From positions 25,209 to 89,208 of the IMG/VR virus record IMGVR_UViG_3300005077_000712: a stretch of DNA of 64,000 nt; one strand, written 5' to 3'. The number at the start of each line of letters is the position of its first letter. The stretch's first letter is position 1. The notes under the pieces were generated by a model. It made no database searches and had not been told where the DNA came from. It saw nothing but the letters and a program-made list of their open reading frames with translations. Both the position numbers and the translations under genes were made by a program. This document shows, piece after piece, positions 35,665-46,854 of the stretch. The stretch is from a virus (Duplodnaviria; Caudoviricetes).

Positions 35665-36446
35665 TGCCAATAGGTGATTCTACATTTATCCCATTAAATC
35701 CACAACTTTTTAATGATAATAATGAATTATCAAATTTTAAAAGTTATATATTAAGACAACTTGGGTGGCCTCTTATAAGAGTTGAAATTACAGAAGAACA
35801 ACTTATGGATTGTATATTGGATGCAGTTCAATTATATCATGAGTATGCTGCTTCTGATTATGATGTAAGAGTAATTTCTGGATTTGCTGGTAATCAGGTT
35901 GATATTCCAATGGATATAAATCCTAAATTTATTCTTGATGTAATATTTGAAAGAGATTATTATGATACTATGTCTGCTGGTTTAGGTGCTATGGGTTATG
36001 AAGAAACTCTTGGTGGAGTATTACCATATAATATATCAGGAAGATCTGCTTTAGTACAAGATTTTGATATAGCAGGTTATTATTTATATTTACAACATAT
36101 GGAAGATTTTAAAAAAATGTTAGGAATAAGAAATTATTTTGAAGTTATTGGGAATAAGATACATTTATTTCCTGCTACTGTTAGTTATAGTAGGGTTGGT
36201 ATTATTTATAAACCTATGATGAATGAACAAAAAATTGAGAATGAAATGTGGGTTAAAAAGTATGCTATTGCAAAAGCTAAGATGATAGTTGGAACTATTA
36301 GAAGTAAACTTGGTGGATTTTCAAGTACAGGTACAAACATTGCTGTTGATGGTGAAGCAATGAAATCAGAGGCACAAGCAGAAATAGATAAACTTGAAGA
36401 AAAGTTACAATTTCTTGGTGTTCCTATGCCAATTATGCAGATGTAA
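35664..36446 (+). CDS. Neck protein (T4 gp13-like)
   Basis: YILRQLGWPLIRVEITEEQL..CI.DAVQLY; WVKKYAIAKAK...G.IRSK...DGEAM..EA..EI..LEE. Confidence 0.85.
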   Translation: MPIGDSTFIPLNPQLFNDNNELSNFKSYILRQLGWPLIRVEITEEQLMDCILDAVQLYHEYAASDYDVRVISGFAGNQVDIPMDINPKFILDVIFERDYYDTMSAGLGAMGYEETLGGVLPYNISGRSALVQDFDIAGYYLYLQHMEDFKKMLGIRNYFEVIGNKIHLFPATVSYSRVGIIYKPMMNEQKIENEMWVKKYAIAKAKMIVGTIRSKLGGFSSTGTNIAVDGEAMKSEAQAEIDKLEEKLQFLGVPMPIMQM

Positions 36447-36481
36447 AAATAATTTTAAATATATTGGGATAATAAAAAAAT

Positions 36482-38017
36482 ATGTCTATTAAAAGAAATT
36501 CTAAAAAAATAAAATTCATTAATCCTTTAGACGAAATTTATAATAATGAACTTTTTAATGAATATAGAAGAGATGTTGAAAATCTTGATAAAACCTATGT
36601 TGAATTAATGAGTTTTAGTTTATTAAATAAAAAGAAACCAATTTATGAAAATTATTTTTTTGAGGCTGTTACACCCATTAACTCATCTTTTTTTGAATTA
36701 TTTTTGGAAGCTATGGCTAAAGGTTTTATAAAAAATGAAAAATCTTTTGAAACTTTTTTAAAGAATTTATATAATGATGAAAATAATGTAAATGTTTTTA
36801 AAAAGAATTTAAAAGATGCAATACAAAAAGATAATGAGTATAAAAATTTATCACAAGAACAAATAGATGAAAGAACTCAAAATGTTATAGATAAAACTAA
36901 AGAAGAATATAAAGAAAATTATGATAGATCTTTGTCTGATTTCATTGAGGCGTTTAATAAATTATCAGATAATGAAATTACATTTTTATATAAAAAATAT
37001 TTGACTTCTAATGAAGTTAAACAAATTAATGAAAATATTTCAAAATTTGAACAAGGTCAAAACAAAAACTTAAATTTATTCATTAATAAAATTTCTAAAT
37101 TAATGAGTGATAGAAAAGATGTTAATTTAGATGATAAAGAGGAAGAAGAAGGTAATAAACAAACTATAAAACTTAATATGATATATGAAGTATTAGAAAA
37201 ATCTAATGCTTTACAAGAAGTTTATTCTGTATTAAGAAATAATCATATACAAGTTTTAACAGATGGAATGAATTTAGCTGGTGAAAAAGTTGGTGTATCT
37301 TTGGCAAATGCTGGAAGTAGTAATAGCAAATTTGCTCCTGTTACTGGTAATGATGATAGAAGTAATAATATAAGAATTGCTCAAAAAGCTTCTATTTCTT
37401 ATATAACAATTATGTCTTGTGTAGTTTTTATATCAGGAACATATCAGAATAAAGAAGAAGTTAATGAAGCATTTTTATTAAAGCAAATTAACAAAACTTT
37501 ATATAGTGAAGGCCTTTCTAATTTTGTGATGAGACCAATAAAATTTGCATCTAATATGATAAATAAATATATTACTGTTACAAGTTTTGAACAGCTTTTA
37601 AGAGATCCAGGGGTGTTTGCAAAAAATGTATATAAATTTTTTAAATCAAGTAATTATACATTAAATAAAGTTTTATCTGATGCAGGAATACAAATAAAAC
37701 CAAGAGATTTAGAAGAATTATTAAAAGATGGATTAGACAAAAATAATTTTGAAACTGCAAAAAACTTTTTAATTTCATATCTGAAACAATATATGAACAA
37801 AGACAACGTGAAGAGTATAACTCTTGAATATTTTCAAAACTTTGGAATTAAACAATCAGCAGGTGCAAAATTAAGAGAAGGTATTAAAAGTGTTGGTAAA
37901 GCATTAGGAATGAATAAGGAAAGTAGAGAACTTGAAGCACAAAGTAATCAAGCAGGGCAAAGAATGTCTGGTGAGTTAAGTAACGCTTCTAATCCACCTA
38001 CTAAGACTGAGGTTTAA
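36482..38017 (+). CDS. Hypothetical protein
   Basis: 511-aa ORF within the operon. Confidence 0.6.
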   Translation: MSIKRNSKKIKFINPLDEIYNNELFNEYRRDVENLDKTYVELMSFSLLNKKKPIYENYFFEAVTPINSSFFELFLEAMAKGFIKNEKSFETFLKNLYNDENNVNVFKKNLKDAIQKDNEYKNLSQEQIDERTQNVIDKTKEEYKENYDRSLSDFIEAFNKLSDNEITFLYKKYLTSNEVKQINENISKFEQGQNKNLNLFINKISKLMSDRKDVNLDDKEEEEGNKQTIKLNMIYEVLEKSNALQEVYSVLRNNHIQVLTDGMNLAGEKVGVSLANAGSSNSKFAPVTGNDDRSNNIRIAQKASISYITIMSCVVFISGTYQNKEEVNEAFLLKQINKTLYSEGLSNFVMRPIKFASNMINKYITVTSFEQLLRDPGVFAKNVYKFFKSSNYTLNKVLSDAGIQIKPRDLEELLKDGLDKNNFETAKNFLISYLKQYMNKDNVKSITLEYFQNFGIKQSAGAKLREGIKSVGKALGMNKESRELEAQSNQAGQRMSGELSNASNPPTKTEV

Positions 38018-38020
38018 AAT

Positions 38021-38614
38021 ATGTATCGTCCAACAGCTCCAAGAATGTTTGAGCCTTTAAATCCAGAACATTCTCTTGTTGATTCTATAACTGAAGAAAT
38101 GCACATGAGTGAAAGTCCTGAAATTATTTATTGGAGATTAAAAAAACCAGAAGAAATTGATGCTCAACCTGAAAATATAATAAGTGGTGAAAGTTACTTA
38201 GATGATCTTGATAAGACTTATGGTGAAAAATCATCTAAGGAAGGAAAGTTACTATATAAAGATCCTGTAAGGATTTATGGTAAGATAGACATACAGCCGA
38301 TTATAAATGAATTACAAAGGATGGGATTAACAACAATAAAACAAATTGACCTTTACATTAATATTGCTCATGCACATGAAAGGTTAGAGGAGGTTCCGAA
38401 AGGTGGTGATGTTTTTAGAGTAACATATTTGATAAGGGATACAGATGGTGAGTTGAAGGACAAATATGTTTACTATCACATAGCTAACGTAACGGAGGTT
38501 GATTTATATAATTATCAATATATTAATTATCAACTATTTGCAGAGCAAACAAATATGATGGATGTTGCTGATGAAATTAAGCAATATTTTGTAGACAATG
38601 AATTTAAAAAATAA
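38021..38614 (+). CDS. Neck/head-closure protein (gp14-like)
   Basis: Position after gp13; ELQRMGL, PKGGDVF. Confidence 0.55.
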   Translation: MYRPTAPRMFEPLNPEHSLVDSITEEMHMSESPEIIYWRLKKPEEIDAQPENIISGESYLDDLDKTYGEKSSKEGKLLYKDPVRIYGKIDIQPIINELQRMGLTTIKQIDLYINIAHAHERLEEVPKGGDVFRVTYLIRDTDGELKDKYVYYHIANVTEVDLYNYQYINYQLFAEQTNMMDVADEIKQYFVDNEFKK

Positions 38615-38629
38615 ATTGAGGTAATAATT

Positions 38630-39319
38630 ATGAGTAAATTTTCAGATAGGGCTGAACAATTCTATATGGAACAATTTAAAGATATGTTCAATCAAGAAAA
38701 AGACAAAGAAAAAGCACAAAAACAACTTCGTAAAAAACTTAAAAAAGTAAATGATGAAGTAATTTTTGAAGATGTTCTTTCAACCATTGCTGAAATTGCA
38801 GAAAAAAATTTTGATATTTTTAATGGTACAAAATTTGCAAAAAAAACAAAGAAGATTATAAATGAAGCATTTGGCGATGAAGAAGAAATGGATATGGAAG
38901 ATGATGTCCCAGAATCTACTGATCCTGATGATGAACCAATGGAAAATGAAGAAGACGAAATCCCTGAAGATGAAAAGGATGATATGGATAAAGCTGATGA
39001 AATATTACAAGACCTTGATCTTGAAGAATTAGACAATGCAACACGTCTTGAACTTATTAGAAATATTATAGATTCAGCTCAAAACATGGCAGATGAAGAA
39101 GATGAAATGGATTTTGATAGCTTCATAGAAGAACTCAAAGGTGTTATGGACGAATTTGAATACGACGAAGAGCCTGAAGGTGAAGAAGGTACAGAAGAAT
39201 TTGGTGATGAAGAAGAACCTGAATTTGAAGAAGAACCTGAAGGTGAAGAAGGTGAAGAAGAACCTGTAGAGGGCGAAGAAGAATCTGAAGAAGAAGAAGA
39301 AGAAGAAGAAGAATTTTAA
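38630..39319 (+). CDS. Highly acidic hypothetical protein
   Basis: D/E-rich C-terminal half. Confidence 0.65.
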   Translation: MSKFSDRAEQFYMEQFKDMFNQEKDKEKAQKQLRKKLKKVNDEVIFEDVLSTIAEIAEKNFDIFNGTKFAKKTKKIINEAFGDEEEMDMEDDVPESTDPDDEPMENEEDEIPEDEKDDMDKADEILQDLDLEELDNATRLELIRNIIDSAQNMADEEDEMDFDSFIEELKGVMDEFEYDEEPEGEEGTEEFGDEEEPEFEEEPEGEEGEEEPVEGEEESEEEEEEEEEF

Positions 39320-39322
39320 TGA

Positions 39323-39754
39323 ATGAAAAGTTTATCACAAGATATAAGAGAGCAAGCTGAAGAAATCATAAGTAATCAACTTGATGACATGGAAGATGTC
39401 ATCAAGGATTACTATGAAAGAAACAGAGATTTTTATGAAATTGTTCAATTAAAAGATGAAGATAAAAAGCAGAAAACAATTACAAAGAGAATACCAACTG
39501 AAATTGTTATAGAAAGAGATGAGTTAGATATAAATATTGCTATAGTTACTAATGATAAGGTTAATGATAGGATTTTGCATGCACAACATACTGGTACTGG
39601 TTTACAAATAAGCGATCAGATATTAGATAAGTTTGGAGTGCCAAAAGAAAGTAGAACTAAATTAGTTATGAGTAGAAAGTATTTTGATCCTAACAATGCA
39701 GATATAGTTTTTAAAAATGATTTAAAAATACTTTTAAATGCTAAGAAAAGTTAG
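39323..39754 (+). CDS. Hypothetical protein
   Basis: 143-aa ORF. Confidence 0.55.
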   Translation: MKSLSQDIREQAEEIISNQLDDMEDVIKDYYERNRDFYEIVQLKDEDKKQKTITKRIPTEIVIERDELDINIAIVTNDKVNDRILHAQHTGTGLQISDQILDKFGVPKESRTKLVMSRKYFDPNNADIVFKNDLKILLNAKKS

Positions 39755-39770
39755 AGTAATATGGTGAACA

Positions 39771-40601
39771 ATGGCTACTGGAGAAAACTTATTTCCTCAT
39801 CATTTATTTGGTAATTACGTTGTTGAAATTGCTAAATTATTTAAATTCCAATTCAGAGAATTTCAATTAACCCCTCAATCAGAAAAACTTGAGTTACAAG
39901 TATATTATGGTACACCAAGAGCAGCTTTCAGATATTGGTATAAAAGATTTAATGGGCAATTAATATTACCATTACTTAATTTTTATGGTGCAGATTTTAG
40001 AAGAAGATATGATAAAGAGCATCCTGATGTTTTTAGAAATTTTTCTATTAAATCAAGTATGGATCATAATGATGGTACTGTATCAGTAACTAAAGCACCT
40101 ATGCATTTTGATGTAACATATCAATTTAGTATATATAATAACTCAGCAAGAGAAAGAGATAAATTATTACATAAAATTATGCAACTTTTTCCAAGAGGTC
40201 AAAGAAGTATAAGATGGTATGTTGATCCTGATGGGCATCCTGAAATTTTTCTTTTTATGCCATTAAGTGTTGATGAGAGTTTTGCAGATGAAACAGAAAT
40301 TGAAGGATTAGATCAAACAGAAACAAGAAACATAGTAAAAACTAATTTTACAATAGTTAGTTCAGCAGTTGTACCTTATGATATTTATAGAGTCCCTGCT
40401 GTAACAAGAGTATTAGTTGATAATATTATACATGAAGATGAAGGTAGATATACTTCTTTAAGTGTAAGTAATATTATTGATAATGATGCTTATAACTATA
40501 TTTTTTATTCAAGTGGATATAGAATGAAATTTAATGGAGCTTGTTTTTATGGTTCTAATTATTATTTTACTTCTCAGGATGGTTCAATAAAAATCAAGTA
40601 A
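39771..40601 (+). CDS. Tail terminator/sheath stabiliser (gp15-like)
   Basis: LILPLLNFY...APMHFDVTYQFSIY...LLHKIMQLF; directly upstream of the sheath. Confidence 0.7.
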   Translation: MATGENLFPHHLFGNYVVEIAKLFKFQFREFQLTPQSEKLELQVYYGTPRAAFRYWYKRFNGQLILPLLNFYGADFRRRYDKEHPDVFRNFSIKSSMDHNDGTVSVTKAPMHFDVTYQFSIYNNSARERDKLLHKIMQLFPRGQRSIRWYVDPDGHPEIFLFMPLSVDESFADETEIEGLDQTETRNIVKTNFTIVSSAVVPYDIYRVPAVTRVLVDNIIHEDEGRYTSLSVSNIIDNDAYNYIFYSSGYRMKFNGACFYGSNYYFTSQDGSIKIK

Positions 40602-40685
40602 ATTATTTTTTTTTACTTATGATTTTTTAAAATATTCAAATATAAATATTAATGAATATATATTTTAATTATTTTGGAGATTAAA

Positions 40686-40859
40686 ATGCTTAATGTAACA
40701 ATTAAAAATAAAAGTTATTATCCTATAACTACAATTATTGATGGAAGAACAATAAAATTTCCATCTAAAGGAAAGGAACTAAAACTTCAAATTACAAAAA
40801 TAACAGATCATATGAATGAATTAATACAGAACAATTTAATTCAAGTAGTTCAAAAATAA
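40686..40859 (+). CDS. Small hypothetical protein
   Basis: GGAG RBS before MLNVTIKN. Confidence 0.45.
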   Translation: MLNVTIKNKSYYPITTIIDGRTIKFPSKGKELKLQITKITDHMNELIQNNLIQVVQK

Positions 40860-40885
40860 AGAAAATTATATAAGGAGTTAATATC

Positions 40886-43800
40886 ATGGCAGAAACCGTA
40901 AGCGATATATTAGGTAAGGGCCTAAAAGTTGAAAACAGAGTTATTATCGATGCCTTACCACCTCAAAAAATAGTTGGTACAATTCCAGCTTTTATTGGTG
41001 GAGCGCATTGGGGAGAAGTAAACAAACCTATATTAATCTATAAAGATTTTGATAAATATATGGGTTCTCCTGTAATAGCTGAAGATGAAGCAGACAGTAG
41101 GGCTTTAGATTATTCTGGTCTTGCTGCAAAATATCATCTTAACTATTCTCAAGTATGTTATTATACAAGAATATCAGATGGTACTGATACTAAAGCATCT
41201 TCTTTCCTTAGAAGAACTGCTAAGGTTGCAAAATTTGTTGGTAATGGTGCTATTCAAAATGGTGTAGCAACTATTTATCCTAAAACAAATCAAAGTCTTA
41301 ATTTTATTCAAAATAATATTTTTGTAATAAAAAAGGACTCAATTATTAAAACCGTTGAGATTACTCCATCTACTACAGTTTCACAAGCAGTTGATATAAG
41401 TAATGTAGTTGTAGCATCATTAGTTAATAAAAATATTTTATTTACAATTGATGACCAACTTGTAATTTATAAAATACTTGGTACTGAATTAAATTTAACA
41501 GAAGTTCTTAGAAATGCTCTTGCAACAAAATTTGGTATAAGTAGCACAGAAGCAGATAAATATGTTTTTAACTTAACAATTGATAATATTAATTTACTTG
41601 ATGAAACTTTTGAAAGTGGTGATGTCATTGTAATAAATGATGTGTTTTATTCATATGATGGAACTATATGGTCATTATTAGTAAAAACTGATGGTGCTAC
41701 AACTATAACACCTAACCCTTCTGACAATGCAGTTTTTTATGTAAATAGTGCATCTGTAAGTTCTTTTGATAAGGCTGGTAATGGTGGTTTAGGTGCTTTT
41801 ACTTCTGAAACTTATGCAACAGGTGATTTTGCAAGTAGACCTGTGGCAAATCAAAGTGGTGATTATTATTATCAAACAAATAATACTCCTGGGCTTTATT
41901 ATGATGATCCATCTGAATCAGATTATGTTCTTTTAGTTGCAGGAACAGATTATACAGCAGTTGCAGCATTACCAAGTATAGTTGCAGAAGGATATTATTA
42001 TAATACTGTAACAGAAGTTCTTTCTTTTTATGATTATGATTTAAATACTGTAACTACAGTATCTCATGAAGTATTAGAATATATTATTTTTAGCTCACAG
42101 AAGTATGGTAAAACATCTACTATAGCTATACATGATTTCCCTGGGACAATTTATAATGAAAGTAATACATTAAATATCACAGGGCAAGATACTCCTATAA
42201 ATGGTATTGTAAGCTCTATAGATGCAGAAATAAAATTAAATACTACTCCTGGTGTCCCTGGTGATGTTGGTATTTATAAAAAGGTAACAGGGGCATGGGT
42301 ATTACAAACTGGTCAAGTTTATGGCACAATTCCTGCTGCACCAGTATCAGGAAATAATTGGAAATCAGATGGATCTAATACAACATATCCTTATGGATGG
42401 TATCAATATAATGGTACAGCATGGGTATCCTTAAATTTCGTTGAAAAGGAATCAGCAAAACCATTAAACACTTATGGATCTGATGGAGATTATTTTGAAG
42501 TTGGTGGAGAAGTTGGGATTGATGATATTGTAGTTGGATTTGATGAATTTGGTAGATTAATGATAAATTCTGTTGAAGTTGGTTCTGCTGAAAATATTAC
42601 AGTGTTAAGTTTAAATGGAACTTATTCAATTTATAATGTGTTTGCAATAGACTCAAGTAAACTTAATGTATTAAATGTTGGTATTGATGAAAAACTTGGT
42701 GGAAGAATTGATGCTTTTTATACTGGTGAAGAAGGAAACAAAATTGGATATTTTGCAAAAGAAGACCAGAATGGGATAGTATTACAAATATTTAAAGGTA
42801 GTGATATTCTTGGAACATTTTTTGATTTTTCTTATATAATTGCTGATAGTAATTTCATAGGAACATTAATTAATACAGATAGAGTTGCATCTACTTATGT
42901 AAAATTGATTCCTGATTCAAGCGTAAGTGATATACCTGAATTTGAATTAAATAAAACTATTTATTTAAGTGGTGGTACATCAGGTGTAAATAATCTTCAA
43001 GATTTCATGTATGTTGCAGCACTTAAAGAATATAAAAATCTTGATCTTTATGATGTAGATATAGTTTCATGTCCTGGGTTAATAAGTGAAACAGTTGTAG
43101 ATGCAATGCTTGATGTTTGTTCTTATAGACAGGATGCCTTTTCAATTCTTGATACACCACAAGCAATGTCACCTTATCTTGTAGAGAGATGGCATAATGG
43201 TTTATCAGATTTAAGAACAAAAAAACTTGATTCAGAATATGGGGTTCTTTATTATCCTTGGCTTCTTATAAAAACTGATTCTGCTAAACTTCCTAATCAA
43301 TGGGTTCCACCTTCTGTAAGAGCAGTTGGGGCTGTAAGTAGTTGTGATATGCTAAATCAGAATAAATATTCTGTTCCTGCTGGTCATAAAAATGCAGCAT
43401 TAGTTGAAGTTGAAGCCCTTGAAAGATATTTAACAGAAGAAGAAAAACAGACATTATATGCTGATCGTCTTGATAATAATATTAATCCTATTGTTTATAA
43501 TAAGAATAATGGTTATTTTATAGATGGCCAAAAAACAACCAAAAAAGGTGCTACTCCTCTTAATAGGATTAAAGCTGTAAGAACAGCACTTTTCATAAAA
43601 AGAAGAATTTATGAAATTGCTCCTGATTTTTTCTGGTTGCCTATTGATGCAAGAACAAGAGCAAGTTTAGCAGGTAGCTTAAAAACAATAATGGATCAAC
43701 TTGTTGCGGATCGTGTTATTAAACCAAATCCAGTTGTAATAGTTGATGAAACTTTAAACAACGAATATGTAGAGGCTGAAGGTGGTTTAATTGCTAAAAT

Positions 43801-43888
43801 TGAATGGTATCCTGTAAAAAGTGTTGAAAAGATTAAAATTATAAATGTTATTCGTGACCAACAGGTTAGTGTAGCAATAGAGATTTAA
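40886..43888 (+). CDS. Tail sheath protein (gp18-like) with a large insertion
   Basis: AFIGGAHWG..NKP; LYYPW...WVPPS...; NINPIV; DGQKT...LNRIKAVR. Confidence 0.92.
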   Translation: MAETVSDILGKGLKVENRVIIDALPPQKIVGTIPAFIGGAHWGEVNKPILIYKDFDKYMGSPVIAEDEADSRALDYSGLAAKYHLNYSQVCYYTRISDGTDTKASSFLRRTAKVAKFVGNGAIQNGVATIYPKTNQSLNFIQNNIFVIKKDSIIKTVEITPSTTVSQAVDISNVVVASLVNKNILFTIDDQLVIYKILGTELNLTEVLRNALATKFGISSTEADKYVFNLTIDNINLLDETFESGDVIVINDVFYSYDGTIWSLLVKTDGATTITPNPSDNAVFYVNSASVSSFDKAGNGGLGAFTSETYATGDFASRPVANQSGDYYYQTNNTPGLYYDDPSESDYVLLVAGTDYTAVAALPSIVAEGYYYNTVTEVLSFYDYDLNTVTTVSHEVLEYIIFSSQKYGKTSTIAIHDFPGTIYNESNTLNITGQDTPINGIVSSIDAEIKLNTTPGVPGDVGIYKKVTGAWVLQTGQVYGTIPAAPVSGNNWKSDGSNTTYPYGWYQYNGTAWVSLNFVEKESAKPLNTYGSDGDYFEVGGEVGIDDIVVGFDEFGRLMINSVEVGSAENITVLSLNGTYSIYNVFAIDSSKLNVLNVGIDEKLGGRIDAFYTGEEGNKIGYFAKEDQNGIVLQIFKGSDILGTFFDFSYIIADSNFIGTLINTDRVASTYVKLIPDSSVSDIPEFELNKTIYLSGGTSGVNNLQDFMYVAALKEYKNLDLYDVDIVSCPGLISETVVDAMLDVCSYRQDAFSILDTPQAMSPYLVERWHNGLSDLRTKKLDSEYGVLYYPWLLIKTDSAKLPNQWVPPSVRAVGAVSSCDMLNQNKYSVPAGHKNAALVEVEALERYLTEEEKQTLYADRLDNNINPIVYNKNNGYFIDGQKTTKKGATPLNRIKAVRTALFIKRRIYEIAPDFFWLPIDARTRASLAGSLKTIMDQLVADRVIKPNPVVIVDETLNNEYVEAEGGLIAKIEWYPVKSVEKIKIINVIRDQQVSVAIEI

Positions 43889-43893
43889 TAAAA

Positions 43894-43919
43894 AAGCGAT
43901 AGGATAAAACCTATCGCTT
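43894..43919 (+). terminator. Hairpin between sheath and tube genes
   Basis: AAGCGATAGG-ATAAAA-CCTATCGCTT. Confidence 0.65.
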
Positions 43920-43946
43920 AAAAAATTTATATAAAGAGGGTTAATT

Positions 43947-44684
43947 ATGGGATATTTAGACGGTTACAATAATATATTTCAAGTTGAAAGAATAAGAAAT
44001 GAACAAACTATAAATACTAATAGATGGAGTTTACAATTTAAAAATTTAGGTGCTATGATACAAAAAGCAGCTACAAGCCCACTCCCTGCTATTAGAGATA
44101 GATACAAAAACACAAGAGTTGCATTTGACCAAAGTATTACTGGTTTAGATATTGAAACAACTCTTGAATTGTCTTTATTCTCTGTTTCTATTCCTTCAGT
44201 AAAACTTGAAACTCAAGATATTACAAGATTCAATGATACTATTAAAGCTGTTACAAAATTTGCACCAATGGAAGATATGCAAGTCGTGTTTTGGGATTAT
44301 GTAGATGGTTCTGCATCTGCAATTATGCAGTTATGGCATGCTCTTGTTGGTGATAAAGTAACAGGGGCAATTGGATTCAAACAAGACTTTGTTCTTAAAG
44401 AAGCATACTTCTATGTATATGGCCCTGATGCTCCTGGATATAAAGGAGATGGAGAAGGATTAGATGATACTAATACAGATGATGGTAAAATACCATATTT
44501 ACAAAAATATGAAATTTGGAACTTATTCCCTAATTCTGTAGAACTTGGTGAACATAGTGATAATGCAGAAGCTCGTAAAGTTACTTGCACATTCTCATTA
44601 GATAATATATTTGCTGTTGATATTCAAAGTTATGGTTCAAATCATAACTACATTAATAATAATGTTTTTAATGAAGAACAATAA
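43947..44684 (+). CDS. Tail tube protein (gp19-like)
   Basis: Follows the sheath; VSIPSV, VVFWD, WNLFPNSV. Confidence 0.8.
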   Translation: MGYLDGYNNIFQVERIRNEQTINTNRWSLQFKNLGAMIQKAATSPLPAIRDRYKNTRVAFDQSITGLDIETTLELSLFSVSIPSVKLETQDITRFNDTIKAVTKFAPMEDMQVVFWDYVDGSASAIMQLWHALVGDKVTGAIGFKQDFVLKEAYFYVYGPDAPGYKGDGEGLDDTNTDDGKIPYLQKYEIWNLFPNSVELGEHSDNAEARKVTCTFSLDNIFAVDIQSYGSNHNYINNNVFNEEQ

Positions 44685-44710
44685 TTCTTATCTGTAATAT
44701 AAAAAATTAT

Positions 44711-44745
44711 AAAAGCCGTTAGAAATAATCCTAACGGCTTTTTTT
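44711..44745. terminator. Bidirectional terminator between convergent genes
   Basis: AAAAGCCGTTAG-AAATAATC-CTAACGGCTTTT. Confidence 0.85.
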
Positions 44746-46588
44746 ATACTATTTCTATAGAAGAACATTTATCTCTTTTCTTAATAACTGTCTTTGTTTT
44801 TGGATTAATATTATTCTCAACATTCTTATCATGACTTATTAAATATATAGCTGATTGTTTTGAATACTTATCTTTAATAATATTAAGAAATTTTTCAGTT
44901 GTTGGATTATCAATATTAATAAAAACATCATCAAAAAACATTAAATTACTTGCATTAAGATTAATCTTTGTCATATCAAATATAGAAAAATTAGTACAAA
45001 AATTTACCTTAAACTTTTCACCCGAACTTAACTCAAAATAATCATATTCTTCTCCATCCTTAATTATCTTCTCATTAAGTAAATTATCTACAATAATATT
45101 TAATTTCCCATTAAATACCTGATTGAGATTTTCCATAAGTATTCTATTAAATACAGGAATAACTTTTAACATAACATAAGACTTAATTGAATTATCATTT
45201 CTTACATCAAGAGCTTGTTCCCACCATTTTAACATATTAATATTATTAGAAATAATTTGTTTTTCTAATATTATTGCTTTTAATTTTTCTTTTTCTTCAG
45301 TAGCTTTTTCTTTATGAGAATTTGCTTTATCAAATGATAATTTTTTAAATTCCTTTTCAAGTTCTTCTATCAAATCATTATTATTCTGTATTTCATTTAT
45401 TTCATCTTCATCCATTTCATTAATTTCTGAAAAATCTTTATCAATTTTTATTTCAATTTCATCTATTTCTTTTTTAATCTTATTTATAATTAATTTTTTT
45501 TCTTCTTTCTTCTTTTTTTGTTCTGGTATTACTTCTTCCATTAATCTAACTTCTTCTTCTTTTTCATTCATTTCAGTAATTAAATCATCTAATGTAGCTT
45601 TCATTAAATTTAACTCATTATTATAATCAACTTCATTCTGAATTGAACCACAATTATCACATACTACAGGTAAGAAATCATTTATTCTTTTAATTTGTCT
45701 TTCAACTCTTTCCTGTAATTTTTCATATTGTTTCTTTAATGAAGATGAATCAAAAACAACTATAGTTTCTTTTTGTTCTTCCTTTAATTTATTATTAAGA
45801 ACATTTAAATATCCTTTTAATAAAAGAAAAGCATTTATATCTATATCTAAATTTTGTTCTTTAAGTTTCTTTAATTCTTTCTTAATTCTTTTTTCTTCTG
45901 ATTTAATAAAATTAGTTTCTTCTTGCTCATTATCTGTATGTATTTTTATAGCTTTTATTGAAGCCGATTCCTCCTTTTCAATACCTATAAATTTTTCATT
46001 TGCTTTCTTTAATTTATCCTTTATTCTTTTAAGATATTTATTAAATTTGTTAAGTTGAATAATATTTTCAAATATTTTAATTCTTTCACTATTAGTTAAT
46101 TTGAAAAAATGTTTATCGTCTTCACGAGAATAAAGAATAATTTTTAAAAAAGTATCAGGAGTAATTGAAATGATCTTATCAATCTCTTTTTGTGTATCAT
46201 CTACATTTGGTTTTGAAATATCGTTCCATTTCTCATCAACAAAAACTTCTAATGTCAGACCATTATCAAATTCTGAATGTTTTCTGTATCTGCTTACTCT
46301 ATATAACTCTTTATCACATTCAAATATTAATTGAACAGTTAAATTTTTCTTAGCTTGTTTATTTATAGTTTTGTCTTTTTTGCTAAGTTTCTTTTCAATT
46401 AATCCAAACAAAGCATATTGAATTACAAATGTAAAGGCTGATTTCCCGCTACCTATTGAAACATTTTCTTCTTCTGCATCTAAATTTTCACCTGTGATCC
46501 AATGAATACCATTATTATCAAAAGTATAACTATGTTTTCCATAAAATGAAAGAAAATTTTCAAAATAAATCTCTTTAAATATAATCAT
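44744..46588 (-). CDS. sbcC: SbcC/Rad50-like ATPase (T4 gp46-like)
   Basis: GSGKS, CDNC zinc hook, LSSGEK, FFDDVF, ISHD. Confidence 0.93.
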   Translation of the reverse strand: MIIFKEIYFENFLSFYGKHSYTFDNNGIHWITGENLDAEEENVSIGSGKSAFTFVIQYALFGLIEKKLSKKDKTINKQAKKNLTVQLIFECDKELYRVSRYRKHSEFDNGLTLEVFVDEKWNDISKPNVDDTQKEIDKIISITPDTFLKIILYSREDDKHFFKLTNSERIKIFENIIQLNKFNKYLKRIKDKLKKANEKFIGIEKEESASIKAIKIHTDNEQEETNFIKSEEKRIKKELKKLKEQNLDIDINAFLLLKGYLNVLNNKLKEEQKETIVVFDSSSLKKQYEKLQERVERQIKRINDFLPVVCDNCGSIQNEVDYNNELNLMKATLDDLITEMNEKEEEVRLMEEVIPEQKKKKEEKKLIINKIKKEIDEIEIKIDKDFSEINEMDEDEINEIQNNNDLIEELEKEFKKLSFDKANSHKEKATEEKEKLKAIILEKQIISNNINMLKWWEQALDVRNDNSIKSYVMLKVIPVFNRILMENLNQVFNGKLNIIVDNLLNEKIIKDGEEYDYFELSSGEKFKVNFCTNFSIFDMTKINLNASNLMFFDDVFINIDNPTTEKFLNIIKDKYSKQSAIYLISHDKNVENNINPKTKTVIKKRDKCSSIEIV

Positions 46589-46589
46589 C

Positions 46590-46853
46590 TTAACCTTCTA
46601 ATTTTTCTTTTTCAATAACTGCTGTATTAATAATTTGTTTCAATTCACTAAATACTCTTTTCCTTAAAGTATTATTAAGTTGTCTATGAAGAATTTTTAT
46701 ATCTTCAGCATTTTGATCTTTTAAAAGCCTTGCTTTAAGTCCCTGGTCTACTCTTGTACTTTCATAATTACCAAGATTAATTGTAAATCCTATATTAGCA
46801 CTAATTTCAGTAATTTCATAATCAATTCCTTGTTCAAATTCTTTAGTTTCCAT
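46590..46853 (-). CDS. Hypothetical protein
   Basis: 87 aa; INLGNYESTRVD. Confidence 0.6.
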   Translation of the reverse strand: METKEFEQGIDYEITEISANIGFTINLGNYESTRVDQGLKARLLKDQNAEDIKILHRQLNNTLRKRVFSELKQIINTAVIEKEKLEG

Positions 46854-46854
46854 A

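Noticed and set aside
23228-39338. Minus-strand Ser/Pro-rich ORFs (23228, 30155, 35002, 38692, 39144)
   Set aside because: They are shadows of Glu/Gly-rich plus-strand genes.
44711-44745. GTTAG...CTAAC as another attC site
   Set aside because: The cores are in reverse order with an 8-nt loop and A/T tails between convergent genes, which makes it a terminator.
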